DNA of 64,000 nucleotides from an uncultured Parachlamydiaceae bacterium (GTDB lineage Bacteria; Chlamydiota; Chlamydiia; Chlamydiales; Parachlamydiaceae): NCBI GenBank assembly GCA_963752155.1, contig CAVVXH010000010.1, positions 288,001 to 352,000 of the forward strand, read 5' to 3'. Shown piece by piece: positions 44,805 to 56,512 of this stretch (position 1 is its first letter; each line of letters starts with the position of its first letter). The notes under the pieces were generated by a model. It saw only the letters and a program-made list of their open reading frames with translations, ran no database searches and was not told where the DNA came from. The position numbers and the translations under genes were made by a program.

Positions 44805-45742
44805 ATGAGAAAGTTATTGTTCGCGTGCAGTTTATTTATTTCACCTTATATTTTCACTGCGCAAGATCTAGTCAAAACCAGCGCTGGCGTCAAAGAGTTT
44901 TCAATTTCAAACACGATGTTTGGGTGCCCTTCGTGTATTCCCACAAAGCCATGTCCTACTATTCCTACATGTACCGCAGGCTGTACAGGAGCTTCAGGAT
45001 GTCCTTCAGATTGTCTTCCAGGGACAATAGGACCCAGGGGACCGAAAGGGCCTAGAGGTCCTAGAGGACCTAAAGGACATAATGGTCACCACGGAAGAGC
45101 AGGTGCTACAGGCCCTACAGGAGCTACAGGAGCCACCGGAGCCGCCGGAAGTACAGGGGCCACAGGGGCGACGGGATCAGTTTCTATTACAAGCGTTATT
45201 GAGGCTACGACCTTGAGCACTGCTTTTCCGGCGATTCCACCGCAAACTGTTGGCGCTGGCAGTTATGTCGCTTTTTCAAGTCCTATTTCGAGTTGCTGTC
45301 CTTCCAATGGTGTTCCTCCAACTGGTGGAATGTCATTAGTTGAATCAATTTTCGGAAGTGGAGCTTTTGATACGATTTTGTTACCGACTGAGTCAACAGA
45401 CACATACTACTTAGTTGGGTATGGAGTGGCTCCGACATATGTTACAGATTCCACATCTGGAACCGATATCATTGCTTTTGGATTGGAATTAAATGCAGCT
45501 GGATTTTCATTACCTTACACAGTTGTTGGAGTGACTCCTAATAATGCTTTTCAGTTGATAAGTTCAACGGCTATTCTTGTGAATCCTGCAAATACAGTTT
45601 CAGGAACGATTAGGATAAGAAATGAAAGTATCAATGTGGTGATCGACCCCGACTACCTCTTGCAACACCAATTGATATGAATATCAATGCTATTGCAGGT
45701 GTGAGAGGCTTTATTAATGTTGTTCAATTGAATAACGATTGA
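44805..45742 (+). CDS. Secreted collagen-like protein 1 (Cys-rich N-terminus; frameshift near 45650)
   Basis: Signal peptide, Cys-rich segment, G-X-Y repeats; the alternate frame ends GFINVVQLNND*, matching the paralogue ending YISVVQL. Confidence 0.8.
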
Positions 45743-45746
45743 TAAC

Positions 45747-45937
45747 AGCTAAGAAAAAAATTGTAGCTCATCATTCCGATGTTGAGTGTATCCACGTAGC
45801 CTCCAAGTGTTCTTAACCACTGTGTGAAATCGCAATAACCAAAAAAATGCGTGATTTCAGGCAGTGGTCTAGACCACATGGAGGCTATGATGAGCTACAA
45901 TTTGCGCAATTTCTTAGCTATTTCGATTTCACACAGA
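45747..45937. mobile_element. Palindromic element, AGCTAAGAA family, copy 1
   Basis: AGCTAAGAA..TTGTAGCTCATCAT / ATGATGAGCTACAA..TTCTTAGCT; shares TAGCTCATCATTCCGATGTTGAGTGTA.CCACGTAGCCTC with 55699-55863. Confidence 0.75.
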
Positions 45938-45972
45938 AGCTTGGACTACTTGAAGGCTACAGAAATTTGCCT

Positions 45973-48908
45973 CTATTCCAAGCTTTTTGGAGTTTGTAAT
46001 AGAGCCATTAATTTTTCTTCAGATTCTTTAATAAGATCGTTAATCTGTTTTCTAGCTATTCCTCTAGCTGCATTAAATTTCGCCTCATTCCAATTTTGTT
46101 CTCTCATGAATTTATTTCTGACTATAGATAATGCTTCTGCTTTGACTAAAAGGTTAAGTTCTTGCTTAATCTCTTTCTCAATTTCAGACCCAGGAATATT
46201 TTTTTGTTTCTCAAATACTTCGGAAGGATAATTTTTTTGTTCCATGTACCTTTTTTTAACATTTAATTCAGCATCTCCATTTAGTCTAAGTTGAAGAGCT
46301 CGTCTGCTCACATAGGATTTTGCGTTTGGTCCTTTTAAATTTTTATCGTTTATGTTGACTTTGACATATTCTTGGATGGCCAATGCTTTGTAAAATTCGT
46401 GATGGATCTCTTTTGCAATTTTAGAACCCGGTACATTTTGTTTATCAAATTCTTGGGCAGTCATATTATTTTGGGCTAAGTACCTCTTTTTAACATTCTC
46501 TTTTGCCATTGATTTTTCTGCTAAATTTTCTTTAGCTGATTTTAACTCTTTTTCTAATTGTAGAATTCGCTTGTTAACTTGAACTTCAAATTTTGGATCC
46601 TCTAAAATTTTATTTTGAAAAATCTCTTTTAAATCTTTTACAGAGGCATTACGATTTTCTTTCAAGTTGCAAAATTCTTTGAAAACCATTTCTTTATAGG
46701 ATAAACGCTCTTTAATTGAATTCCATTCAGTCTTAAATTCTTTCAAGTTAAGAGGACGATCATTGGGATTATAGGAGAGTCCACGTTGGACGAAATTTGC
46801 TAACTCTTTATCTATTTTAAGCAATTCTTCATATTCCATCGTTTCTAATGCTGTTTTAACTTTCCCATTATTTTTGTTCTCAATCCTAAATATTTGTCGA
46901 AAGGCCACATTTTTAGAATATTCAGTACGCTGACCATCTTTACTCATAGTTGTATCACGATTTGCATTTAGATAACCATCTAGAATTAATTGTGATTGGC
47001 TAAATATAGCAGATTTTTCAGAAGGTACTGCATTTTTCTCTCGTATAATTTTATTTCCTTCTCTTATCATTAATTCTGGAGCTGTAACATCATGAGGAAG
47101 TCTTTGCGAATCAACTATAACTTTTCCATTTTCGGTCATAGTTATAATCCCAAAATCTGTTAATAAAGCTCGAGTTCTTTCGCCGGAGCTAACTTTGATT
47201 TTTTTTATTCCCCAATCTTTAAGTTGTTTTACATCTGCTTCTGAGAGTATCGTTTCTTTTTTATATAATTCACGACCAGTAACCGGTTCATAAATAGGTG
47301 AGCTTACTATTTTTCCTACTAAATTTTCATCAACAGCCATCCATTTTTGAGGATTATGAAGCAAGATATTGCGCATGGAAATGTCGTTATGCAAGATGCC
47401 GAGATCGTTAAGAGCTGAAACGCCTTCGAAAACATCTGATAAGATCTCAGCTTTTTGAGCATCTGAATAGTTATGAAATGAATTTTTCATTTCACCACCA
47501 TTAGCCAATTTTGAAATCACAACGGCCTTTCCGTTTTCTTCGAAAATGTGATGGACTTTAGGGCAGAAAGTGGAAATCAATGGACTATCTTTGATTTTTT
47601 TTGCTACAAGGAGTTCACTTTTAGCATCTTCTGTACTTACATTGTCATACACAACAAGTGCTGCTTCCTTTAATAGACCTTCCTTTTCTTTTTGAGAGGT
47701 TGGGTGTTGAAACACCGCCTTATCCACAGATTTAAATGCACCCTGACCTAAAGGTGTTGTAGTTGAGATAGCTCGTTTTCTTCTTCCATTTATTCGTTGA
47801 TTGTTTTTGAGTGAGAAGCTACATCTATAACTTCAGCTGGTATATCGGAAGAAATTACGATTGATGGTATTTGAAGTTCTTTTGGAGGGTGGTATGCATT
47901 TGGACACAACACTCTTATGGAAGGTGATCTACTAATTGGATAAATTTCTCTTTTACTACATTTTGAGTTTTACTTTCTGTTGAAGAAAGTGGGTGAGAAG
48001 GTATCTCTGATTTTTCTGGCAAAACTTCGTTATAGGGAGAAGAAAATTCTATTTCGGAAGAATCGTGTAGAGATAGCTCTGAATTTTCTCGCAAAACTTC
48101 GCTATGAGGAGAAGAAAATTCTATCTCGGAAGAATCGCGTGGAGATAGCTCTGAATTTTCTGGTATAACTTCGTTATAGGGAGAAGAAAATTCTATTTTG
48201 GAAGAATCGTGTAGAGATAGCTCTGAATTTTCTCGCAAAACTTCGCTATGAGGAGAAGAAAATTCTTATCTCCGGAAAAATCGTGTGTAGATAGTTCTGA
48301 TTTTTCTGTATAACTTCATTATAGGGAGAAGAAAATTCTATTTCGGAAGAATCGTGTAGAGATAGCTCTGAATTTTTCTGGCAAACTTCGTTATGGGGAG
48401 AAGAAAATTCTATCTCGGAAAAATCGTGTGGAGATAGCTCTGATTTTTCTGGTGTAACTTCATTATAGGGAGAAGAAAATTCTATTTCGGAAGAATCGTT
48501 TGAAGGTGACTCAAGCTTCTCTGGTTTATCAGTTTGCTTGGAATTAGAAGAAACATTTTCTTTTGTATTATTAGGTAGAGTTATTTTGTGTTTAGTCAGG
48601 TCAGTTTTACTTTTTATTTGAACTTTTAGCCTATTAGCTTTAGCTTGCTTCTCGATAACTGCTTTTTCTAGAGCTTCCACTGCAATTTTTTGATATAAAG
48701 TCTCTGCTGTTTGATTCCCGCCGCGTGGAAGATTTGATATTTGTGAACGATGCTTGGTTTTGGATTTAGTTGATGAAGCAAGCTCTTTCTTAACATTTTT
48801 ACAAGCTTGGTTTGGATTGAAGGGTGATTCTCCAATAGGATCTTTTTTCTTATCATTAGATATTCTATTGGTGGTTCTAGGGATCGTTAATGCATTATTT
48901 ATTAACAT
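45973..48908 (-). CDS. Large atypical eukaryotic-like protein kinase with N-terminal tandem repeats, frameshifted
   Basis: Fragments 48246-48908, 47915-48238, 45973-47727 are collinear; LGQGAFKSV, HNDISMRN, DFG, APE, NPNDRP. Confidence 0.8.
48000..48503 (-). repeat. About 7 copies of a 72-bp coding tandem repeat (24 aa, e.g. SSPYNEVIPENSELSPRDSSEIEF)
   Basis: Unit starts recur near 48021, 48093, 48165, 48237, 48310, 48382, 48454. Confidence 0.9.
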
Positions 48909-49024
48909 AAGTATGCCGATTTAAAATTAATTCAACATAACCCATCATATTTTTATAATACAACAAAAAATATTTTTTATGAAAGTGTTATCTTGAAAGA
49001 CGCTGTAATATTAAGAGATAAAGT

Positions 49025-49330
49025 ATAGGAAAAAATTAAACGCAAAGACACGAAGGCGCAAAGAGCACAAAGAGATCTTACTCATGAATTTTCATGTAAA
49101 ATCTCCTTGTGCTCTTCGCGTCTTCATGTCTCCTAAATAACAAGTTTGCGCCTGGCCATTGGTGCCTGACCTGATATTCTGACATTTGCCCTCCTGGGAG
49201 GTTACGTTATCATTGTAGGCAAATGTCAGAATATCAGGTCAGGCACCAATGGCCAGGCGCTTTAAAAATCTGTTATTTCCCGATAGGGGGCGCCGCAGGC
49301 AACTCTCTCGCTTTGCGTTTAATTTTTCTT
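49025..49330. mobile_element. Composite palindromic element, AATTAAACGCAAAG family, largest copy
   Basis: Outer AAATTAAACGCAAAG/CTTTGCGTTTAATTT enclosing the AAAGAGATCTTAC hairpin, CTCCTAAATAACAA and the GCCATTGGTGCCTGACC hairpin. Confidence 0.85.
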
Positions 49331-49358
49331 AAAACTTAGATCCGATTTGATATTGTCC

Positions 49359-50111
49359 TTATAAGGTCATAATCATAGGGACTCGCTGTGAAATAGGGAG
49401 TATAGTAACGTCAAATAAATAAGCATTTGTCTTTTGAAATGCTTCTTCATAAATTTTTGAAAAAGTTGTAATTTTTTGTTGTTCAAGCTCCTTTTCACCA
49501 ATTTTTACTTTACCATTTAAATCCTTCCGATTTTGATTTTGGTAATAAATCTCAAAAGTAATAGCATTTGAAGATGTTTGATTTTGTCGAAAAATGGCTT
49601 GATTTTTTTGGGATAAAAGATTATTTTTTAGTTGTTCTAGTGAACCATCAAAAACTAAATGTATTTTTCTAAATTCACGTAAAATTAATTGAGGAGTAAA
49701 AACTTGCATTTGTTTACATTTCATATCCTGAAGAATTTGCGGATAAGGCCTATTTTGTTCAAATAAATTGGCGAATGCATCATTACACAAGACGGATAAA
49801 GAGAAAAGTTGTGCGTAGATTTTTATTTTTTTCGTAAAGGAGGCTCTAAGACAAAGAGCTAAAATTTTTTGAGCCAAATGAAAAGCTAATCCTGATAATT
49901 CTTTGTTGTCAAGTTTCAAGTTGCAAAATTCTTCTAGTTCAGATAGTTGAGGTGTAATAATATGTTCACATAGTTTTTCCACCTGATTTGCGAATGATTT
50001 GGAAATACACATTAAAATTCCGCTGTCTTTCGCAATTCCGCTACAGATGTTTGCTTGTAATTCTACTGGAGTATAAGAAGGAAATACATGTTCAAGAGGA
50101 TTCATATTCAT
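49359..50111 (-). CDS. Hypothetical protein, possible degenerate N-terminal F-box
   Basis: 250 aa with GGAG RBS; PVELQANICSGI..DSGILMCISKSF loosely resembles an F-box. Confidence 0.55.
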   Translation of the reverse strand: MNMNPLEHVFPSYTPVELQANICSGIAKDSGILMCISKSFANQVEKLCEHIITPQLSELEEFCNLKLDNKELSGLAFHLAQKILALCLRASFTKKIKIYAQLFSLSVLCNDAFANLFEQNRPYPQILQDMKCKQMQVFTPQLILREFRKIHLVFDGSLEQLKNNLLSQKNQAIFRQNQTSSNAITFEIYYQNQNRKDLNGKVKIGEKELEQQKITTFSKIYEEAFQKTNAYLFDVTILPISQRVPMIMTL

Positions 50112-50323
50112 AATGTCTCTCCTTTTATGTTGGGTGAATAAAAATATAACATAAGATTGAAGTTATGTCAAATATTTGTATCATTTTGTAAAGGAAAAAT
50201 TTAAATTTCTGGTTGAATCGGATGAACTTCAATCTAATAGCGCCTAATGACATAATTTTCTTGCTTCAAATTTTCATTTCGCCCATTTTTCTAGTTACCA
50301 TTGAATGAAAAAAGGGAAGCTCT

Positions 50324-51370
50324 ATGAAAAAATTTATTTTTATATGTAGTCTGTTCATCTTGACACGAATATTTGCTTTGAGTGCTGTAACAAGCGATAC
50401 TGACAGTTGCTGCAATCCAGGTCCTACAGGCCTTCAGGGGAGAAAAGGATGTCAAGGAGAAGAAGGCATTCAGGGCGTCCAGGGTGTTCAAGGGCGTGAA
50501 GGTATTGCTGGAAGTCAAGGAAATAGAGGAGATCGTGGTCCTAGAGGCGAACGTGGTCCAAAAGGAGATCGAGGAGAGCAAGGTAAAGTAGGTTTTATAG
50601 GTGCAACGGGTCCTACGGGGGCAACAGGATCTACAGGAATGACAGGTCATAGGGGGATAGCGGGTATAACAGGTGCATCCGGTCCAACTGGAGTAAAAGG
50701 TTTCACAGGTGCAACAGGAGCTCCGGGAGCCACAGGTGCAACCGGTGAGACAGGTGCAAGTGGAGCTGTAGGAGCTACAGGAGCGACCGCAGGAGCGACC
50801 GGAGCTACGGGGACAGGAGTAGCCGGTGCTACGGGTGCAACAGGTCCCACAGGTGTTTCTGGACAAATAGACAATATTATCGAAGCGACTTCCAATTTTT
50901 CTCAAATTGTGGCATCAAAAGGTTATTTAGCATTTAATAGTCCGATTCTTACACCTAGCAATGGAATTGATATCCCTAACACAGCTGGGATGGCTTTGGT
51001 AACATCTGCATCAGGAAATTTTGATACGATCACCCTTCCAAGCGAGAATACTTTATATTTGGTAAGCTTTGGAGTAAGTTCAGTCATGGGCTCCACAGGA
51101 CCAACAGGCGCAACGGGTGTAACAGGAGCCACAGGTCCATTTGATTTTCAGTTGGAAGTCAATGGGACCGCACAGCCCTACACTGACTTGACAATACCTG
51201 TTATGGATGAAATTGCATTGCTCAGTAAAACGAGCTTGATTGTAAATTCGACCGCTGCTACAGGAACTTTGCGTATCATCAATGTGAGTGGAGGCGAAAT
51301 AGAAGTAGATCCTATTTCAACCGAAGGGCTTGCGTGCTATATTTCCGTGGTACAATTGGACAATAACTAG
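50324..51370 (+). CDS. Secreted collagen-like protein 2
   Basis: Signal peptide, [11 protein letters not shown] run, IIEAT, C-terminal YISVVQL. Confidence 0.88.
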   Translation: MKKFIFICSLFILTRIFALSAVTSDTDSCCNPGPTGLQGRKGCQGEEGIQGVQGVQGREGIAGSQGNRGDRGPRGERGPKGDRGEQGKVGFIGATGPTGATGSTGMTGHRGIAGITGASGPTGVKGFTGATGAPGATGATGETGASGAVGATGATAGATGATGTGVAGATGATGPTGVSGQIDNIIEATSNFSQIVASKGYLAFNSPILTPSNGIDIPNTAGMALVTSASGNFDTITLPSENTLYLVSFGVSSVMGSTGPTGATGVTGATGPFDFQLEVNGTAQPYTDLTIPVMDEIALLSKTSLIVNSTAATGTLRIINVSGGEIEVDPISTEGLACYISVVQLDNN

Positions 51371-51390
51371 AAAATAACAAAGGGAAGTTT

Positions 51391-52491
51391 ATGACAATGC
51401 TTATTTTGATGCGTGGTGTGTTCATTGCAACCGGAATTTTGGTTATGAATGGCATAGAAGCAGCAAATGACTCAAAAGATTTTAAGTTAATAAATATGCT
51501 GGCGGGTTCGGCGAGTCCAACAGGATGTGGCAATTCAGAAATATGTTGTGAACCAGGTCCTACAGGTCCACGAGGGCCCAGAGGAGTGCAAGGGGCTCAA
51601 GGTGTTCAAGGAGCTCAGGGAATTCAGGGTCCTATAGGTCCTCAAGGACGTAAAGGTGAGAAAGGGGATCGTGGTCCTCAAGGGGAAGAAGGGGCTAGGG
51701 GCAAAGAAGGAGAACGTGGATTAAGAGGGCCGACAGGTCCAACAGGTCCTGCAGGTCCTACAGGTGCAACAGGCGCAACAGGACCCACAGGTGCAACAGG
51801 AACCACTGGATCCAGAGGGGCAACAGGTGTGCGTGGTCCTACGGGGTCAACAGGGCCCATAGGTTTGACCGGTGCCACCGGATCACCCGGAGCTACGGGT
51901 GATACTGGCTCAACAGGTCCAGCTGGTGCAACCGGTCCAACAGGCCCTGGAGGAGTCACAGGTGCAACAGGAGCTACGGGGGCTACAGGCCCTACCGGAA
52001 ACGAAATCAACGATGTTATTGAAGCGACATCTAATACTATTCAAACGGTCTCATCCGGAGGTTATTTTGCTTTTACAAGTCCGATTGCTACTCCGGAAAA
52101 TGGATTGAGTGTCGTTGGTGGAATGACTTTAGTGACATCACCTTCACTTAATTTCGATACAATCCAGCTTCCTATTGAAGCAGGAACGACATTGTATTTG
52201 GTCAGCTATGGAGTTAGCGGGGTGATTGAGGCTACTGGTTCCACTGGTCCATTTGATTTTCAATTGGAATTGGGAGGTGAAGACCAAACCTATACAGATT
52301 TGACAATAAGTGGAACTGATAGTAGTTTGTTTAGTAAAACAAGTATTGTAGCCTATCCAACGCCGACTTCAACGGTGATTCCCGGAACTCTTCGCATCAA
52401 AAACATGAGTGGAGTGCCAATTACAGTGGGACCCCCATCTAATCAAGGGCTTACTTGTTATATCTCCGTTGTGCAGCTGAATAGTAATTAA
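51391..52491 (+). CDS. Secreted collagen-like protein 3
   Basis: [11 protein letters not shown] run, [15 protein letters not shown]. Confidence 0.88.
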   Translation: MTMLILMRGVFIATGILVMNGIEAANDSKDFKLINMLAGSASPTGCGNSEICCEPGPTGPRGPRGVQGAQGVQGAQGIQGPIGPQGRKGEKGDRGPQGEEGARGKEGERGLRGPTGPTGPAGPTGATGATGPTGATGTTGSRGATGVRGPTGSTGPIGLTGATGSPGATGDTGSTGPAGATGPTGPGGVTGATGATGATGPTGNEINDVIEATSNTIQTVSSGGYFAFTSPIATPENGLSVVGGMTLVTSPSLNFDTIQLPIEAGTTLYLVSYGVSGVIEATGSTGPFDFQLELGGEDQTYTDLTISGTDSSLFSKTSIVAYPTPTSTVIPGTLRIKNMSGVPITVGPPSNQGLTCYISVVQLNSN

Positions 52492-52720
52492 ACGCAAAGC
52501 GAGACAGTTGCCTGCGGGAAATAACAGATTTTTAAAGCGCCTTGCCATTGGTGCCTGACCTGATATTCTGACATTTGCCCTTTAGGAAGCAATGTTATCG
52601 CATCGGCAAATGTCAGAATATCAGGTCAGGCACCAATGGCAAGGCGCGAACTTGTTATTTAGGAGGCGCAATATGCCGCATGCGGCATATTGCGCCTTTG
52701 CGTTTAATTTTTTCCTATAC
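52487..52720. mobile_element. Composite palindromic element, AATTAAACGCAAAG family
   Basis: Same outer repeats and GCCATTGGTGCCTGACC hairpin as 49025-49330 in opposite orientation, with a different inner hairpin GGCGCAATATGCCGCATGCGGCATATTGCGCC. Confidence 0.85.
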
Positions 52721-52968
52721 TTTATATCTTAATATCGCAGCATCTTCTCACCTACCAAACAACTGGTTATTTTCCAAAATATGACTTATGGGTAATAGGA
52801 TGCCCACGCGGGCCCGAAAATTAGCGGAAACTGCCGGATCACAATAATATTTCTTGCGTAAAATTTTCTTTTAGCGCATGTATTCTAACTATGTAGTAGA
52901 ATGGATTTTCATACCAGGAAGATCCCTAAACTAAGTTAAAAAAAGTGATACCGGCAAGGGGAAATGAT

Positions 52969-54018
<1,050 letters not shown>

Positions 54019-54047
54019 AATGTACCGGAGCATCAAGGGGAAATCAT

Positions 54048-55046
54048 ATGAGAAATTTAGTTTTTATTTGCAGCGTGCTCTTAGGAAGTCAAATTCTTGC
54101 TATTAGTAAAGTAAGTGCGTCAAATACGACTCCTTGCTCATCCTCAGTTTGCTGCAATCCTGGTCCAGCGGGCCCCATGGGGCCTAAAGGATGTAGAGGG
54201 CCTTTAGGAGCTCAAGGTCCGAAAGGAATTCAAGGTCGAGAGGGTCCTAAGGGTTCTAAAGGAAAGCGAGGAGATGAAGGAGAAAGAGGTAAAATAGGAG
54301 AGCAGGGGGCAACCGGGGTAACTGGTGCTACAGGAGCAGAGGGATTCACCGGTCCTACTGGAGAGGTTGGCCACATGGGTTTGGTAGGTCCAACAGGGCC
54401 TGTTGGAGGAATAGGCACGACAGGCCCCAGAGGGCCTACGGGGCCAACAGGGCCTAGAGGAGATACCGGACACACTGGATCTATTGGAGCAACAGGTCAC
54501 ACAGGGCTTGTGGGACCAGTTGGAGCGACTGGAGGAGGACCACAAATTAGTCAGGTTATCGAAGCCACTCGATCCGATCCCATAGGTACAAATGCAAATG
54601 GTTATTTGATTTACGATACGCCAATAGTAAACCCAGACAATGGTCTTGTAATCCCTACATCTGGGGGGATGACGTTAGCTGAATCTTCCCCTGGAATGGG
54701 TCGTTTCGATACGATTACTCTTCCGAGTTTACCTGTAGCAGAATTATATTTGGTAAGTTTTGGAGTAAACAGTGCCATTGCTTCAACTACAACTTCAGGA
54801 GTTTTTCCTTTCGTTTTAGAATTTAATGGTACACAGTTGCCTTATACCGAATTGACGGTGCCTAGAATTCCATCTCTCAGCTTGAGTCGTTACGCTATCT
54901 TCCGTAGGGTGACTATTGTCAATCAACCTGCGAATACTCCAGGAACATTGCGAATCGTGAATAAACAAACGGATACCATCGTACAGATTGGAACGCCAGC
55001 AGGCCTTTTCAATTATATCTCTGTTGTACAGCTGGTAGGGCATTGA
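54048..55046 (+). CDS. Secreted collagen-like protein 5
   Basis: Signal peptide, [11 protein letters not shown] run, VIEAT, YISVVQL. Confidence 0.88.
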   Translation: MRNLVFICSVLLGSQILAISKVSASNTTPCSSSVCCNPGPAGPMGPKGCRGPLGAQGPKGIQGREGPKGSKGKRGDEGERGKIGEQGATGVTGATGAEGFTGPTGEVGHMGLVGPTGPVGGIGTTGPRGPTGPTGPRGDTGHTGSIGATGHTGLVGPVGATGGGPQISQVIEATRSDPIGTNANGYLIYDTPIVNPDNGLVIPTSGGMTLAESSPGMGRFDTITLPSLPVAELYLVSFGVNSAIASTTTSGVFPFVLEFNGTQLPYTELTVPRIPSLSLSRYAIFRRVTIVNQPANTPGTLRIVNKQTDTIVQIGTPAGLFNYISVVQLVGH

Positions 55047-55061
55047 CAATATAAATATTAA

Positions 55062-55619
55062 TTATGTGCCTTTCTCCTTAAAAGAGTTTTTCAATGTAAA
55101 ACGCCAAGGAAGAAGAGCATGTTCTCCTGCATAGTCGATTCCAATGCGAGGACTTGCATGAATGTTCTTAGGATCAATTTTAAACCCTCTATCTTCAATC
55201 CATATTTGAGGTCCATGCAATGAAAGGCCATTATGTGCCAAAGTAATTCCTAGGGCTTGTGTTAAAGTTCCTGGGCCAGATGTGAGTTTAGCATCTAATT
55301 TAGATTTCTTGCGCCGTTTTAGCATCCATGGGATTCCATCTACAGGGTGTAAGGCTCTAATGAGAACAGCATGAGGAATATCATGAGTGTTTGTGATGAT
55401 GTTGAAAAGGGCATGGATGCCATAACATAAGTAGACATAGCAGATACCTCCAGCTTTATACATCACCTCTGTGCGATTCGTCCGGCGATTGCCATAGGCA
55501 TGCGAGGCTTTATCTTCTGGACCGCGATAGGCTTCGGTTTCGATAATCATGCCCGCAGTTAATTCATTATTGATGAAAGTGCATAAAAATTTTCCAAGAA
55601 GTTGTTGGCTAATGCACAA
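55062..55619 (-). CDS. mpg: DNA-3-methyladenine glycosylase (AAG/MPG family); true start probably slightly upstream
   Basis: IIETEAY.G.ED.ASH, YVYLCYGIH, AVLIRA, GPG.L, PRIGI..A...PWRF. Confidence 0.9.
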   Translation of the reverse strand: MCISQQLLGKFLCTFINNELTAGMIIETEAYRGPEDKASHAYGNRRTNRTEVMYKAGGICYVYLCYGIHALFNIITNTHDIPHAVLIRALHPVDGIPWMLKRRKKSKLDAKLTSGPGTLTQALGITLAHNGLSLHGPQIWIEDRGFKIDPKNIHASPRIGIDYAGEHALLPWRFTLKNSFKEKGT

Positions 55620-55698
55620 AACATCTTCATTTTGATAAAATGAATTGGGTAAAATTGTATTGATGTTTAAATCCTTTTCAATCTGTTTTTATTACTGC

Positions 55699-55863
55699 AA
55701 ATAGCTAAGAACTTGCGCAAATTTTAGCTCATCATTCCGATGTTGAGTGTAGCCACGTAGCCTCTAAATAGTCCAAACCACTGTGAGAAGATGATTTTTT
55801 ATAGATTTTCTATAACTTAACGAACAATTTTTGCGCAATTTCTTAGCTATTTCGATTTCACAT
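55699..55863. mobile_element. Palindromic element, AGCTAAGAA family, copy 2
   Basis: AAATAGCTAAGAACTTGCGCAAA / TTTGCGCAATTTCTTAGCTATTT. Confidence 0.75.
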
Positions 55864-56239
55864 AATGTGGATGTGGTCTTTGTGCTAGACCTTCAGCAAT
55901 ATAAGTAAGTACGAGTTGATTTATGCTTACTCCTTCTTCTTTAGCTCGATGCTCAAGTCTCAAGTGCATGCTTTTCGGTACTCGTTGAGATAATCTTCCT
56001 TTATAATGTTCAATAATAGACGAAGATCCTGGAGCAGGAATAGTTTCTCCGTCTTCATACGCCGTTTGCAACCAACAGTAGGCTGCATCACGGCCATTTT
56101 CACGTGCTTCTTCCACTGTTGCACCATCCGAATAACATCCAGGAAGATCAGGATATTCGAGGAAAAATCCTCCTCCCTCGTTTTTTGATAAAGGTCGAAT
56201 GGTATAAGGATAATCATTTACATTATATTTCATATCCAT
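55847..56239 (-). CDS. hicB: HicB-family antitoxin
   Basis: YPDLPGCYSDGATVEEA, YKGRLSQRVPKSMH..L...A..EGVSINQ; GGAGG RBS before ATG 56239. Confidence 0.9.
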   Translation of the reverse strand: MDMKYNVNDYPYTIRPLSKNEGGGFFLEYPDLPGCYSDGATVEEARENGRDAAYCWLQTAYEDGETIPAPGSSSIIEHYKGRLSQRVPKSMHLRLEHRAKEEGVSINQLVLTYIAEGLAQRPHPHYVKSK

Positions 56240-56462
56240 GTTCCTCCAAAAATTCCAACAATAATTCAATATAAATAGGTTTTATTGGTCGTCTTGCTGG
56301 AATGATAATTGATTTCCCACTATGGAGGTGTTTTAATTTTATATGACTGCTGCCTCCTTTAGGAGAACGTAAAAATAGACCAAAATGGTAGACTATCACT
56401 TCTATGTCGTGAATTTTCTAGTCGTTTTTGGAATTTTGACGCATTTTTTCGATCGAGCTCAT
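56223..56462 (-). pseudogene. hicA: HicA-family toxin with in-frame TAG at codon 15
   Basis: Hand translation MSSIEKMRQNSKND*KIHDIEVIVYHFGLFLRSPKGGSSHIKLKH...IIIPARRPIKPIYIELLLEFLEEHGYEI. Confidence 0.8.
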
Positions 56463-56468
56463 AAACAT

Positions 56469-56497
56469 ATAATGTCATATGTGGCATTATTTGTCAA
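56469..56497 (-). promoter_or_regulatory. hicAB promoter with palindromic operator
   Basis: TTGACA-17-CATTAT overlapped by ATAATGCCA-CATA-TGACATTAT; ATG follows within 6 nt. Confidence 0.6.
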
Positions 56498-56512
56498 CTT
56501 TCCGGCAGCTTC

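Noticed and set aside
48000..48503. CRISPR array
   Set aside because: 72-bp units are contiguous without unique spacers, keep a reading frame, and no cas genes are present.
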